NCBI GenBank assembly: GCA_012837385.1
Contig: DURH01000066.1
Span: 7,717 to 71,716, forward strand
Length of the DNA: 64,000 nucleotides
Reading direction: 5' to 3'
DNA from: Bacillota bacterium
Lineage (GTDB): Bacteria > Bacillota > Limnochordia > Darwinibacteriales > Darwinibacteriaceae
The notes under the pieces were generated by a model. The model worked only from the letters and a program-made list of their open reading frames with translations. It made no database searches and had not been told where the DNA came from. Positions within the stretch are counted from its first letter, which is position 1; each line of letters starts with the position of its first letter. Made by a program: the position numbers and the translations under genes. Shown here piece after piece: positions 18,540 to 28,192 of this stretch.

Positions 18540-19913
18540 ATGGGCCTCGGAGGTGATTCTTTGTCCAGCCGTACATCTAAATTACTCGCAGGCGCGCTTG
18601 GTGTTGTGGGGGGGCTAACCGCCCTGCGCTTCTTCGCCGGTCAGCTGGTCCGTCAAAGCGTCAAAATCGTCATGACTGACCCCTATATGGAAAACCTCGC
18701 GGAACTGCTCTCCGCCAGCAAACGCACGGGGATCCAGACCATCGCGGAGACAAATCTCAGAGCACAAAAAGCTCAGGTGCTGCAGCGTCCTCTGGGCAGC
18801 CCACGCAAGTTCTTTGACTTCGACGGACTGATGTTTGTCTCCGCGCACTTGGACCGACAAGCCCTGCCCCATACCATTCCTGTAGATACGGAGACTGTGA
18901 TCGGGCCGAACAGCAAGAAGCCACTGATCGTGTCCACTCCCCTTTTAGTGTCCGGCATGGCTTACAAAAAAGCCCTTTCAGACCGGGCCAAGTACGCCCT
19001 GGCCCTAGGCAGCAAACTGGCTGGTACCTCCTCGAATACCGGGGAAGGGCCGTTTTTACCCAAGGAAAGGGAGCTAGCGGAGCGCCTGATCATCCAGTAC
19101 CCCCGCATACCCCTGCACCGCACCATGGACATGCTGGCTCAAGCCGATGCTCTAGAAATCCAGCTGGGCCAGGGTGCCAGCAGTAGTGCCGCCCAGGCCC
19201 CCTACCCCCACCTAGTGCGTCCGGAGCTGCCTGCCTTACGGAAGAGCAGTGACCTGCCCAAGGTGGTCAGTTTCCTAAAACAGGCCGGCGGAGGGGTTCC
19301 CGTGGGAATCAAGTTCTCCTTCACGAACAACTTAGAACGGGAAATCGATCTCTGCCTGGAAGCCGGGGTGGATTTCCTGGCCTTGGAGGGAGCGCAAGCT
19401 GCCACTGTTGGAGCCGCACCCATCCTGGAAGATGACTTCGGCCTCCCCACCATTGTTGGTCTCTGCCGGGCGGTTGAACATCTTCAGCTGCGAGGAGTCC
19501 ACAACCAAGTCACACTTATCGTCTCAGGGGGCTTCTTCTCGCCTGGGCAGTGCCTAAAAGCCCTAGCTCTAGGGGCCAACGCCATCTATCTCGGTACCAT
19601 GGCCCTCTATGCCCTCAGCCACACCCAGACCACCAAGTCCATCCCCTGGGAACCTCCCACCCAATTGGTGGTAGATTCCGGTAAGCAGAGCCACATGCTC
19701 AACTGGAAGCGGGCAGGTAAGCACTTAGGCAACTACCTGATCTCCTGCACCGAAGAGATCAAAGAAGGGGTGAGGGCACTTGGCAAGCACTCTCTCCACC
19801 AGGTGGATGCCTCAGACCTGGTGGCGCTGGATGAACCTACCAGCCAGCTCACGGGAATCCCCTTAGCCTACTCTAAGCGGATGGTGCGCACACCCTTGCC
19901 GTCTAGGGGATAG
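18540..19913 (+). CDS. FMN-dependent glutamate-synthase-domain-2 family protein (GltS-like oxidoreductase), membrane-anchored
   Basis: N-terminal TM helix and GltS FMN-binding TIM-barrel signatures (LVSGMAYKKALS, GVDFLALEGAQAATVGA, IVSGGF). Start trimmed to the ATG at 18540 (MGLGGDSL). Confidence 0.7.
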   Translation: MGLGGDSLSSRTSKLLAGALGVVGGLTALRFFAGQLVRQSVKIVMTDPYMENLAELLSASKRTGIQTIAETNLRAQKAQVLQRPLGSPRKFFDFDGLMFVSAHLDRQALPHTIPVDTETVIGPNSKKPLIVSTPLLVSGMAYKKALSDRAKYALALGSKLAGTSSNTGEGPFLPKERELAERLIIQYPRIPLHRTMDMLAQADALEIQLGQGASSSAAQAPYPHLVRPELPALRKSSDLPKVVSFLKQAGGGVPVGIKFSFTNNLEREIDLCLEAGVDFLALEGAQAATVGAAPILEDDFGLPTIVGLCRAVEHLQLRGVHNQVTLIVSGGFFSPGQCLKALALGANAIYLGTMALYALSHTQTTKSIPWEPPTQLVVDSGKQSHMLNWKRAGKHLGNYLISCTEEIKEGVRALGKHSLHQVDASDLVALDEPTSQLTGIPLAYSKRMVRTPLPSRG

Positions 19914-21553
19914 TAAAAGAGCATGGTTTGGGTTCCCGCCTCGAACTGCAGCTCCTCAACCATAATCCTGCGCCCCAGTTCCCTTGGTGGCAGGCCAGCG
20001 GTCTCCGGCAGCAGTTCATGGATGCGCCCCGATTGAATCAAGGCGTTTTCCCTACTCCGATCCTGACGCCCTCCCATCCACTGGGGAGTACCCTGCCTCC
20101 GCTCATTCCTGCGGAAATCGTACACCAACCAGGGCAGTAGATCAGGGTTGCCGGCTGCAAACAGCTCCCACAAGATGCGGTAGCGCCCCTGAAGAGAGTG
20201 CTCCAGCAAGTGATAACCCTTTCGCTCCCATTGCGCGGCAAACTGATTGAAAAACTGAAATGGAGAACGGCCGCCACGCAGCAGGTACTGCAGGGCATGC
20301 TCAAAGTGCGAGCCATAATACTTCTCTACCAAGTCTTCAATCAATTTCAGGCGTTGAATCTCCTGGAAAGACAAATCCTTGGTGTAGAGAACCTCGTAAG
20401 GAGCTTGATCCGTATAAACACAGCCAAAGCTCTCCGCTTCCTCCCGCAGGCGTGAACCCCGCAGCAGCTTGAGAAAGCCAAGATGAATGCGGTCTGGCTG
20501 CAGGCTGTACACGTAGTCAAAGGACTCGCCGAAACGCCAAAAACCCTCTTCAGGCAGGCCCGCGATCAAGTCTAGAAGCACCCGCACTGTAGTCTTTTCC
20601 TTCAAAAAGCGCACTACCTCAGCCAAGCGCTCTAGATCCGCCTGGCGGGAAACTGCCTGCAGAGTCGCGGGGTTGGTGGACTGCACCCCAATCTCGAACT
20701 GGAAGCGGTTTTCCGGAGCGGTGGTCAAGAGCTCTAGAACAGGCTCTGTAAGAATATCGCCGCTCACCTCCAGCTGAAAACGGGTGGTGGTATCCAAGCT
20801 GATCATGAACTCCAAAAGCTCATACGCCCGCCTGGCATCATAGTTGAAGGTGCGATCCACAAAACGCACCTGCTGCACCCCAGTTTCCGCCAGGGCCGCC
20901 AGCTCCTGTTTGGCCCGCTCCATGGGGAAGACCCTCACACGGCCCATAACCGAGGAGAGGCAGTAGGCACATCTGAAGGGGCAGCCCCTGGTGGTCTCAT
21001 AGTACACGATCTTGTTGTGCAGCTCTTTCAGATTCCCCTCATAAAGGAGGGGAATGGTACCCAAATCCAGCGGTTGGCCTGGGTTCTGTGCAATCTGCCC
21101 ACCCTCGGTGCGGTACACCAAGCCTGGCACTTCTGCTAGGCTTTCTGCCCTGAAGCGTCCCCCACATTGCTCATACTCCTCCAGAAAACGCCGCAGGGCT
21201 TCTTCCCCTTCGCCGGCAATGAGGAAATCGATACTGGGGTGCTCAGTCAGCCAGTACTCCGTATCAAAGGACACTTCTGGCCCACCTAGGACGATAGTCG
21301 TATCTGGACACACTTTGCGCAGGTTACTCACTAGGGGCAGGATGATCTCAATGTTCCAGATATAACAGGAAAAACCCACCACATCTGGCTTTCTCCGCAC
21401 CAGCTCAGCCAGGATAGCCTGGGGGCTTTGGTTAATGTTAAACTCCACCGTTTCCAGCTCGGGAAACTGCTGAGCGCAGCAGCGCTGTAGATACCTTAGA
21501 GCTAGACTGGAGTGACTGTAAGTGGCGTTCAGCGCCGCCAGCACAACCTTCAT
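19868..21553 (-). CDS. B12-binding domain-containing radical SAM protein (DUF4080 family)
   Basis: N-terminal B12-binding-like domain (MKVVLAALNATYSHSSLALRYL...VVGFSCYIWN), CPFRCAYC (CxxxCxxC) and a C-terminal DUF4080-like region. An AGGGAGG RBS is present. Confidence 0.85.
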   Translation of the reverse strand: MKVVLAALNATYSHSSLALRYLQRCCAQQFPELETVEFNINQSPQAILAELVRRKPDVVGFSCYIWNIEIILPLVSNLRKVCPDTTIVLGGPEVSFDTEYWLTEHPSIDFLIAGEGEEALRRFLEEYEQCGGRFRAESLAEVPGLVYRTEGGQIAQNPGQPLDLGTIPLLYEGNLKELHNKIVYYETTRGCPFRCAYCLSSVMGRVRVFPMERAKQELAALAETGVQQVRFVDRTFNYDARRAYELLEFMISLDTTTRFQLEVSGDILTEPVLELLTTAPENRFQFEIGVQSTNPATLQAVSRQADLERLAEVVRFLKEKTTVRVLLDLIAGLPEEGFWRFGESFDYVYSLQPDRIHLGFLKLLRGSRLREEAESFGCVYTDQAPYEVLYTKDLSFQEIQRLKLIEDLVEKYYGSHFEHALQYLLRGGRSPFQFFNQFAAQWERKGYHLLEHSLQGRYRILWELFAAGNPDLLPWLVYDFRRNERRQGTPQWMGGRQDRSRENALIQSGRIHELLPETAGLPPRELGRRIMVEELQFEAGTQTMLFYYPLDGKGVRTIRLE

Positions 21554-21564
21554 AAAAAGCCTCC

Positions 21565-23220
21565 CTACTCGAAACAGGACCCGCCAATGAACTCCTGAAG
21601 GATGGAGTTGCAGGGGATATCTGACCAGTCTTCCACTGCCACAAAGTGATCCAAAAAGCGCAGCAGCCTTCTGGCTTCCCCATACTGAGAATCCGCAGGC
21701 GTAATGTCTTCCAAGAGCTCTTGAGCCAGTGGCTTCAGCACCGCCAGCTCATAGATGAGTGTGGAATTGAACATGACATCGGCGCTTTCCTGAAAGGGGA
21801 AAATGTGCCGCTGTTCACCTCTGGTGACCAAGGGCCAGCGCTCGATGGTGGCCCGGGCATCATGCCCCCTAAACTGATTATCCCTGATCATCCGCCTCAG
21901 CAAGCGCACATCGGTAGTGGAAATTCTGGTATGATTATCCAAGTTCAAATTGGTGAGGGCAGAGACATAGATCTTAAACTTCCTGCCCTTGGGAATAGAC
22001 TTCGTGAGATCATCGTTAAGCCCATGGATACCCTCCACGATGATGGGCTGATCCGGCTGGACCTGCAGCCTGGTACCGTTCCACTGCCTGGTGCCCGTGG
22101 GGAAATGGAAAGTGGGAATGTGCACCTCTTCGCCTTGGATCAGCTTGGTGAGGTGCTCATTGAACAGCTCCAGATCGATAGCCTCCAGGGCTTCAAAGTC
22201 TGCATTGCCGTCCTCGTCCATGGGTGTTAGGTGACGGTCCACGAAGTAATCGTCCAGGCCGATGGCCACAGGCCGCAACCCCATCACCCGCAACTGCACA
22301 GTGAGGCGCTGTGCAAAGGTGGTTTTGCCAGAGCTGGAGGGGCCGGCAATCAGGATCAACCGCAGCCGATCTTTGTCCTTGGCGATCTGCTCGGCAATGT
22401 CGCGGATCTGGTTTTCGTGGTAGGCTTCAGACACCCTCACCAGATCCCCGAACCGCTCTCGGCGGATACAGTCATTGAGGGAAGGAACATCGGGAATACC
22501 CAGGTTATCCTGCCAGCGTCCCGCTTTGAAGAACTCGTTGAACAGCTTGCCCTGTTCCACATATTCGGGAATTTGGGTGGGATTGGCCCGGCGCGGGTAC
22601 TCGATAATAAACCCAGGCAGGTAGTAGCGCAGTTTGAAGTACTTCAAGTAACCAGTGCTGGGTACCAAAATAGAGCGCAGAGAATCGTGGAGCCAGCCAA
22701 AACTGTAGAGCACAACTTCGTCGCCCGCCTGCTCGTTGAGGAGGCGGATCTTATCCTCAAAGCCCTGTTCAGCATAGATCTTCCTCGCCTCTTCCACGGA
22801 CACTATCTCCCTGGTGAAGGGAATGTCTTCTTCTACCAGTTCCCTCATGCGCTCCTCTATGGCTCGGATATCCTTTTCGATCACTGGCTGGCTGTGTTCG
22901 AACTCACCGTAGAAACCATTGTTCAGGGAATGCTTGATATGCACAGTACAGCCTGGAATAGTCTCCAAGGCAGCCCGTACAAAGAGAAAGACCAGGCTGG
23001 CCCGGTAAGCGCGCATGCCATCCATCGTCTTAGTGTCCAGGAATTCAATGCTGCAGTCTGCAGTAAGGGGAAACTGATATCCGAGAATGTCATTGTCCAC
23101 CCTGGCAACTACCGCCCCCTGAGATGCGGGGACCATGGCGGCCACCTCACCTACCAGGGTGCCCTGGGGAACCTGCAGTTTTTTGTCTCCCACTGTAACC
23201 ACGATTTGCCTCTTGCTCAT
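21565..23220 (-). CDS. TGS + ThrRS-second-additional-domain-like N-terminus fused to a P-loop uridine-kinase/PRK-family nucleoside kinase
   Basis: The N-terminus MSKRQIVVTVGDKKLQVPQGTLVGEVA resembles the ThrRS TGS fold, followed by a SAD-like region (CTVHIKHSLNNGFYGEF). IAGPSSSGKTTFAQRL is a Walker A motif. Start set to the ATG at 23220 behind a GGGAGGT RBS. Confidence 0.8.
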   Translation of the reverse strand: MSKRQIVVTVGDKKLQVPQGTLVGEVAAMVPASQGAVVARVDNDILGYQFPLTADCSIEFLDTKTMDGMRAYRASLVFLFVRAALETIPGCTVHIKHSLNNGFYGEFEHSQPVIEKDIRAIEERMRELVEEDIPFTREIVSVEEARKIYAEQGFEDKIRLLNEQAGDEVVLYSFGWLHDSLRSILVPSTGYLKYFKLRYYLPGFIIEYPRRANPTQIPEYVEQGKLFNEFFKAGRWQDNLGIPDVPSLNDCIRRERFGDLVRVSEAYHENQIRDIAEQIAKDKDRLRLILIAGPSSSGKTTFAQRLTVQLRVMGLRPVAIGLDDYFVDRHLTPMDEDGNADFEALEAIDLELFNEHLTKLIQGEEVHIPTFHFPTGTRQWNGTRLQVQPDQPIIVEGIHGLNDDLTKSIPKGRKFKIYVSALTNLNLDNHTRISTTDVRLLRRMIRDNQFRGHDARATIERWPLVTRGEQRHIFPFQESADVMFNSTLIYELAVLKPLAQELLEDITPADSQYGEARRLLRFLDHFVAVEDWSDIPCNSILQEFIGGSCFE

Positions 23221-23224
23221 ACTA

Positions 23225-23665
23225 CTACCTCCCGACATGCTTGGCGCGGAAAAGATTCCTAAAGATAGAACTGGTGATAATAATACCAGCTGCCACCGCA
23301 CCAGCCAAAAATACCGTTGTCACTAAAAGAACCACGCCTTCGGCATAATCCTGCTGCACAAAGGCTAACATAGTCAAATAGGCTGTGCTTCCTGGCACAA
23401 GGGGAATAATGCCTGGAGTCAGAAACACGATTACAGGCTGATGGTGCCAGCGGGCCAAAAGCTCACTGAGCACGGCAACCACAGTGGCTGCCAGAAACAC
23501 CGCCCCCACTTCTCCCCAGCTCCCCTTCATTGCAGTGAACACTCCCCAGCCCAGCGCCCCTACCAAGCCGCAGCGCAGGCGCTGGTCTGCTGGAACTCGG
23601 AAAATAAAGCCGAAGGTTAGGGCCGCCACAAAGCCCATGCTGATCTGAACAGCCATGTTACACAC
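23225..23665 (-). CDS. threonine/serine exporter family protein, C-terminal-type subunit (DUF3815)
   Basis: 146-aa four-TM protein that overlaps the upstream ThrE N-type gene by 8 bp. Confidence 0.7.
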   Translation of the reverse strand: MCNMAVQISMGFVAALTFGFIFRVPADQRLRCGLVGALGWGVFTAMKGSWGEVGAVFLAATVVAVLSELLARWHHQPVIVFLTPGIIPLVPGSTAYLTMLAFVQQDYAEGVVLLVTTVFLAGAVAAGIIITSSIFRNLFRAKHVGR

Positions 23666-24416
23666 CCCCTAGGCTTAAGACCACAGCAACACCGACGGCA
23701 ATAGCCACCGCAATCACTAGGGCTTCCGCGCTTCTGCTCAGGCCCGAGACCAGCTCTCCGCCTAAAAGATCGCGGATCGCCGTGGTCATCACCATTCCCG
23801 GCGCCAAGACCATCACCGCACCTAGGATGGTAACATTAGCGTTGAACTCCCAGATGCGGGAGATTCCTGTAATCACTGCGGAAGCAACCATGGCTCCCGC
23901 CGCTGCTTGGAGCACCTTAGGAAAACGCCCTTCCAGGCGGGATACTACCATGAGGACAAGTGCACCTACCATACCGGCAAGTACTGCCTCCCTCCAACCT
24001 CCGCCGAACATAACCGCAAAGGCCAGGGCGCCGCCTCCTCCGATCAGCTGCCGCGCTAGGCCGTCTGGGGCGCGATCCTGCTGCAGGCCTTCCAGAGCGC
24101 TGCGCACCTCGTCCACACCCATCTGCTTAGCGGAAAAGGCCCTGCTCAGGGCATTTACTGCCGCGATGGTGGCAATATCGTTACGGCCTTCCCGAATGCG
24201 CTTCACCCTGGTATACACTCTACCAGCTGGATCATGCAGAGAGATAAAGAGGCCTGTTGGAGTGGCATAGCTCTCTACCTGTGTAAAGCCAGCGGCGCAG
24301 CCCATGCGTTCAATGGTGTCTTCCACCCGGGCCATCTCAGCTCCGCAGGTGAGCAGCAGTTCGCCAGCTGTAAGTATTAAACCAACTCGTTCTTCCACAC
24401 CGATCATTCCATTCAC
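23658..24416 (-). CDS. threonine/serine exporter ThrE family protein, N-terminal-type subunit (DUF1212)
   Basis: Cytoplasmic N-domain plus TM helices typical of split ThrE. The ORF begins with a GTG at 24416; an ATG at 24407 is an alternative. Confidence 0.75.
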   Translation of the reverse strand: MNGMIGVEERVGLILTAGELLLTCGAEMARVEDTIERMGCAAGFTQVESYATPTGLFISLHDPAGRVYTRVKRIREGRNDIATIAAVNALSRAFSAKQMGVDEVRSALEGLQQDRAPDGLARQLIGGGGALAFAVMFGGGWREAVLAGMVGALVLMVVSRLEGRFPKVLQAAAGAMVASAVITGISRIWEFNANVTILGAVMVLAPGMVMTTAIRDLLGGELVSGLSRSAEALVIAVAIAVGVAVVLSLGGV

Positions 24417-24482
24417 TTGGGACTAATTGCAGGAAATGCCATTGCCATGTTGAACAACCAGATTCATGAGGAGGTTGATGTG

Positions 24483-25595
24483 ATGGAAGTAAATCAACAG
24501 CGTTTACTAGATGAATTCCTGGAACTGGTGCAGATCGACGCAGCCACCAAAGATGAACGGCTGATCGCCGACGCCCTCAAGCCAAAGCTGGAAGCCTTGG
24601 GCTTTTCCGTTACAGAAGATGACACCGGCGCCAAAATCGGGGGTAACACGGGCAATCTCATCGCCACCTTAGATGGCAACAAGGATGCCCCAGCTCTGCT
24701 CTTCTGCGCCCATATGGATCGGGTCGAGCCTGGGCGCGGCATCAAACCGGTGGTGGAGGGCGGCATGGTCAAAAGCGATGGCACCACCATCCTGGCTTCC
24801 GATGATGTGGCTGGAATCGCCGCCATTCTAGAAGCAGTGCGCGTCGTCCAGGAACAACAGATTCCCCATGGACGCCTGGAAATCCTCTTCACGGTAGCAG
24901 AAGAAGGTGGACTGTATGGGGCCAAGTCTCTGGCTCCTGGCATGCTGCAGGCGGAAGCCGGTTATTTCCTGGATTCAGGGGGTCCAGTGGGCACAATTGT
25001 GGTGCAGGCACCTGCCCAGAAGAATGTAACCGTGACCATCCACGGCAAAGCCGCCCACGCTGGCGTGGCACCAGAGCAGGGTATCAGCGCCATTTTGGTG
25101 GCCGCAGAGGCCCTAACCAAGATGAAACTGGGACGCATCGACGCAGAAACCACCGCCAATTTCGGTGTCATTCAAGGCGGCACAGCCACCAATATCATCC
25201 CCGACCGGGTAGATCTCAAAGGGGAAGCCCGTTCCTTAGTTCAAGAAAAACTGGAACGCCAGGCTGAACATATGGTGGAGGTGATAGAAAACACCTGCGC
25301 TGCCCACGGCGTGACAGCAGATATTGTTGTAGGCGACAGCTACGGCTCATTCCGCCTCACCGAAGATGACTATGTGGTGAAGCTGGCGGTACAGGCAGCC
25401 AAGGCCTTAGGGCTGGAACCCAGGTTGGAGAGCACAGGAGGCGGAAGCGATGCCAACATTATCAACGGCTATGGAGTCCCCTCGGTGATTCTAGGCATGG
25501 GCTACACCAACGTCCATACCACTTCAGAAGCCATCCCAGTGGACCAGTTAAACGCTGCCGCCCAGTTTGTACTACAGATTATCGCCGAGAGTTAA
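24483..25595 (+). CDS. M20/M25/M40-family metallopeptidase (PepT-like)
   Basis: M20 metal-binding motifs (FCAHMDRVEP, SDDVAGIAAILE, FTVAEEGGLYGA) and a dimerisation-domain insertion. Start at the ATG 24483, 8 nt after a GAGGAGG RBS. Confidence 0.8.
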   Translation: MEVNQQRLLDEFLELVQIDAATKDERLIADALKPKLEALGFSVTEDDTGAKIGGNTGNLIATLDGNKDAPALLFCAHMDRVEPGRGIKPVVEGGMVKSDGTTILASDDVAGIAAILEAVRVVQEQQIPHGRLEILFTVAEEGGLYGAKSLAPGMLQAEAGYFLDSGGPVGTIVVQAPAQKNVTVTIHGKAAHAGVAPEQGISAILVAAEALTKMKLGRIDAETTANFGVIQGGTATNIIPDRVDLKGEARSLVQEKLERQAEHMVEVIENTCAAHGVTADIVVGDSYGSFRLTEDDYVVKLAVQAAKALGLEPRLESTGGGSDANIINGYGVPSVILGMGYTNVHTTSEAIPVDQLNAAAQFVLQIIAES

Positions 25596-25643
25596 AAAGG
25601 GATCGATGCCCGTCTAGCTGAAGCCAGACGGGCACTTTTGCCT

Positions 25644-26741
25644 TTATAGTATATTGTCTTTGAGAATTTTGGTCAACTCTTCCGCCGAGGGAGTGCCCAA
25701 GGTGTAGGCGATGTTCTTAGTTTTGGCAGCTTTGGCCGCGTAGGCCTTGATCGCCTCTTCTGGCACATGGAGCTTGCCCACATAGTCCGCGAAAAGCTCA
25801 TCCATGAGATCCCTGAACGCCTGCAGGGAAGGCTGATCCAGAAGTTCCAGCACCATATCCACCCGCTCCGGCGCCTTGTCCCTGGTGTACTCCAAGTAGG
25901 AAGCCATGAGCACGCCATTTGCCCGCCCATGGGGGTAGTCGTGGAAGTAGGTCAAGGGATAGCCCAAGGCGTGTACCATGGTTGTACCGGTTTGAGCAAT
26001 GGTAATGCCCCCTAGCATAGAGGCGAGGAGCAGATCCTCCCTAGCCTCCAGGGACAGCTCGCCCTGGCGCAGCGCCGGTAGAGCGGTTCCCCACAAAGCG
26101 ATCCCCTGCAGGGCGACCCAGTCGCTGGCAGGTGTAGCCCGGTTGGATAAGTAACCCTCCACTAAGTGAGAAAGGGCATCTACCGCTGTATCAATAGTGG
26201 TCTGCAGTGGCAGTGAAGCTGTGTACTTGGCGTCCAAATAGGCCACGGCGGGAAAAAGGTCGGGACCGCCCAGGCCCTTCTTAGTCTCCTCCTCATGGAG
26301 GGTGAGCACCGCATAAGGGGTGACTTCACTTCCCGTCCCCGCGGTGGTGGGGATGGCGGCGATGGGCAGGGCTTTGTGCTCCCAGCCTCCATACAGCTCC
26401 AAAGGCTGCTTGTCATTTACCGCCAGGACCGCCATCACCTTGGCTGCATCTAAAGGTGACCCGCCGCCAATGGCGATGATGTAGTCGCAGCCTTCTTCCC
26501 TGGCCAGCCTCGCCCCTTGGGCGCAGTTCTCCCCAGTTGGGTTGTTCTCCACCTCGTCGAAGATCACATACTCGCCAGGCAGAACGCTTAATACATCATC
26601 CAGGGCGCCGCTGAGGCGGGCTGAGGTTTTACCTGTTACAATCAGCGCCTTCTTCCCCAGGGCCAAGCTTTCCCCAGCGTCCTTCACCACATCCTGCCCA
26701 AACACGATCTTAGTGGGCATGGAAAAATTGAACTTCCTCAT
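25644..26741 (-). CDS. iron-containing (group III) alcohol dehydrogenase
   Basis: Fe-ADH signatures (GGGSPLDAAK, the TTAGTGSE NAD-binding region, His ligands). Confidence 0.85.
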   Translation of the reverse strand: MRKFNFSMPTKIVFGQDVVKDAGESLALGKKALIVTGKTSARLSGALDDVLSVLPGEYVIFDEVENNPTGENCAQGARLAREEGCDYIIAIGGGSPLDAAKVMAVLAVNDKQPLELYGGWEHKALPIAAIPTTAGTGSEVTPYAVLTLHEEETKKGLGGPDLFPAVAYLDAKYTASLPLQTTIDTAVDALSHLVEGYLSNRATPASDWVALQGIALWGTALPALRQGELSLEAREDLLLASMLGGITIAQTGTTMVHALGYPLTYFHDYPHGRANGVLMASYLEYTRDKAPERVDMVLELLDQPSLQAFRDLMDELFADYVGKLHVPEEAIKAYAAKAAKTKNIAYTLGTPSAEELTKILKDNIL

Positions 26742-26756
26742 CCTGATTCTCCTCCC

Positions 26757-28175
26757 TTACACCTTGACGAATTTCCATTTTCCTTTGTTAAAGCGCCATT
26801 GAATCAAGACACTCCGCAAAAAGAGGTCCAGCACCATGGCGATCCAAGCGCCAATTAAACCAAGTTCCAGACGAATGGCTAAGAGGTAAGCCATGCTCAC
26901 CCGCACTCCCAAGAAAGAAACCATCACCATTTTCATGATAGCCTTCGTGTCCCCTGCACCCCGCAGGCCACCTGCGAGAATCATCCAAATGGCCAGGGAA
27001 GGCTGGGCGATGCCCACGAGACGCAGGCAGGCCACGGCTAAGGCGACGACCTCTGGATCGCTGGAAAAGATCCTCACGATGGGTTCTGGGATGAGCAGAA
27101 AAACCAAACCCATGGCTGACATCACAGCTGCCCCCACATTGCGCGTAATCCTACCAGCCCGCTCCGCATCATCTAGGCGCTGGGCACCTAAGTTCTGCCC
27201 AACCAACGTGGTAGAGGCAGTGGCAAAGCCCGCTCCCGGCATAAAGGACAGGGACTCGGCATTCAGAGCCACCTGATGTGCTGCATAGGACACAGTGCCT
27301 AAAGACGAGATGATCATCGTGTAGAAAAGCTGCCCCACCCTCATCATGCCCTGTTCTACTCCGGCGGGAACACCTATGTTGGCAATGCGCCGGATAATGG
27401 TGAGATCAGGCCGAAACGAATCTGTGATCCTGATTTTGAGCAGCTCGCTCCTGAACAGCACCCTCAGGGCTAAGACTCCTCCCACAGCCTGGGCCACTGC
27501 TGTGCCCAAGGCAGCACCAGCGACGCCCAAGGCGGGCACCGGACCCACACCATAGATGAAGATGGTATTGCCAATGATATTCACCACATTCACCAATGCT
27601 GTGATCTGCATGGGGGTCTTGGTATCACCGGCCCCCCGAAGTATCGCGTTAATCACAATCAAGAAGTAGTTTAGAATCATAGCCACAGCGATAATACGCA
27701 CATATCCGGAAGCTGCATCCAAGACGGCTGCTTCCGAGCGGCGGAACAGCCACCCCAAAAGAACTCGGGCCAGGGATAAGAACACGATCATGACAGTACC
27801 AGAAACAAAAAGCCCGAGGATTAGGGACTGACGGGCAACGTCCCGTGCCCGTTCGGGCTCCTCGGCGCCAATATGCCTGGCCACCAGCGCTGTGCTTCCT
27901 GTGGCCAGCGCCGAGAAGACGGTTAGGCCCAGCTGGTTGATCTGGTTGCCTAAACCAACTGAAGCCAAGGCCGCTGCCCCCAGGCGCCCCACCATAGCAG
28001 TATCCACTATGCCCACCATGGTATGCAGCAGGTTTTCCACAATGGCAGGCCACGCCAAGCGCAGGATTCTAGCGCGCAGGTCTTCCCTCGCCGCACCTTC
28101 TCCCACAGACCTCTCTCCTTTCTCGGCCTGGAAGGATTCGCCCCTTCCTAGGCGAACTACCTTTCTATTATACAT
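26757..28175 (-). CDS. MATE-family efflux transporter
   Basis: 12-TM MatE pattern (LAWPAIVENLLHTMVGIVDTAMVGRLG). Confidence 0.85.
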   Translation of the reverse strand: MYNRKVVRLGRGESFQAEKGERSVGEGAAREDLRARILRLAWPAIVENLLHTMVGIVDTAMVGRLGAAALASVGLGNQINQLGLTVFSALATGSTALVARHIGAEEPERARDVARQSLILGLFVSGTVMIVFLSLARVLLGWLFRRSEAAVLDAASGYVRIIAVAMILNYFLIVINAILRGAGDTKTPMQITALVNVVNIIGNTIFIYGVGPVPALGVAGAALGTAVAQAVGGVLALRVLFRSELLKIRITDSFRPDLTIIRRIANIGVPAGVEQGMMRVGQLFYTMIISSLGTVSYAAHQVALNAESLSFMPGAGFATASTTLVGQNLGAQRLDDAERAGRITRNVGAAVMSAMGLVFLLIPEPIVRIFSSDPEVVALAVACLRLVGIAQPSLAIWMILAGGLRGAGDTKAIMKMVMVSFLGVRVSMAYLLAIRLELGLIGAWIAMVLDLFLRSVLIQWRFNKGKWKFVKV

Positions 28176-28192
28176 TTCTGGAGGGAACTCCT

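Noticed and set aside
22231-23262. 343-aa ORF on the plus strand
   Set aside because: It is entirely antisense to the well-supported TGS/uridine-kinase-like gene. It has a low-complexity, Pro/Gly/His-rich translation typical of shadow ORFs in GC-rich DNA, and no RBS.
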